64,000 nucleotides of DNA, from contig NC_092679.1 of the NCBI RefSeq assembly GCF_964355755.1, positions 22,055,432-22,119,431 on the forward strand, in the 5' to 3' direction. Shown one piece after another: positions 63,228 through 64,000 of the stretch. The translations under genes and the position numbers were made by a program. Each line of letters begins with the position of its first letter. Position 1 is the stretch's first letter. The notes below the pieces were generated by a model. That model did no database searches and was not told the DNA's origin. It saw only the letters and a list, made by a program, of their open reading frames with translations. This DNA comes from Antedon mediterranea (lineage: Eukaryota > Animalia > Echinodermata).

Positions 63228-64000
63228 ACGTTGAACAAAATGAACAACCACCTTTTGAAAGTTCTCCTCTAAAAGTGGTGCTTTAATTAGGCCAATCTAC
63301 ACAGACTAACAATAAAGGTAAGCGAAAAACCGTGTACTTGTCCCTCATAGAATCCGTATCTATCCTGAACGGGTTTCCGCTTAACCGCCCGTCTACTATG
63401 CATTTTGTGTAAATGGTCATCAGAAATAACATGGATACTTGTTTTTATCGTCTGTGTAAATTGGCCTTTAAATTGGATATAATGATACAACACTGCCATG
63501 CACTAATAGTTTTATACATGAATTTTCTACTACCATTGCCAATTTCAACTTTAATATTAGTACATTAGGCATACCGAAAATTGTAATGTTTCTAACCGAA
63601 AAAGTTCATGAAATAAGTTTTTCATTATAGAAGTACTTTCAGTCGGTGGGCAACATAACAATTTTTAGTCCTAATTATCACAATTAAATAATAGTTAATC
63701 AAAGAAACTAGGAAATGAATTGGTTGCATTAAAACAAAATTATGATTCAGCAAAAACAAAAATCAATTTAAAAGTTCAATAAAATCAAGAAATAAATTCA
63801 ATTCTTTTGAGAAGTAAAAAACTTATTTATCATTGTAAATAAAATATTTCTGTAGTATACAAAATGTATACAACTTGTAATTTATTTCTGTTAACTTATC
63901 TGCAAGGGTTTTTAAAAAATAAAATGACAAAAACCTAATAATTGTGCGTGATTTATTTAAAGAGTATTTTAAGCTCTGTCTACACTATCCAAAAAATGTG

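Overview
AT-rich, intron-rich animal genomic DNA, probably an invertebrate deuterostome (lineage is inference). It is not prokaryotic, and most entries in the ORF track are spurious. Three genes were reconstructed by hand from splice signals. (1) The 5' half of a divergent class I bHLH-PAS transcription factor (SIM/NPAS1-3/trachealess/HIF-alpha-like) lies on the minus strand, with six coding exons from 47203 to 2089, and runs off the left edge. (2) A complete BRF1 gene (TFIIIB 90 kDa subunit; 16 coding exons, 697 aa) lies on the plus strand and includes a probable U12-type intron. (3) A BTBD3/6 (BTB-BACK-PHR) gene is nested antisense in BRF1 intron 5. The introns are filled with non-autonomous elements: Tc1/mariner-like (TA), Kolobok-like (TTAA), Academ-like, PIF/Harbinger-like, a Helentron-type element, SINEs and minisatellites. 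Two non-genic signals stand out. The first is a pervasive TA-CAG-TA/TA-CTG-TA 5-bp insertion scar, shown by pairwise repeat comparisons inside the window and matching a Tc1/mariner excision footprint. The second is a ~4.25 kb inverted pair of one 1.85 kb element inside a bHLH-PAS intron.
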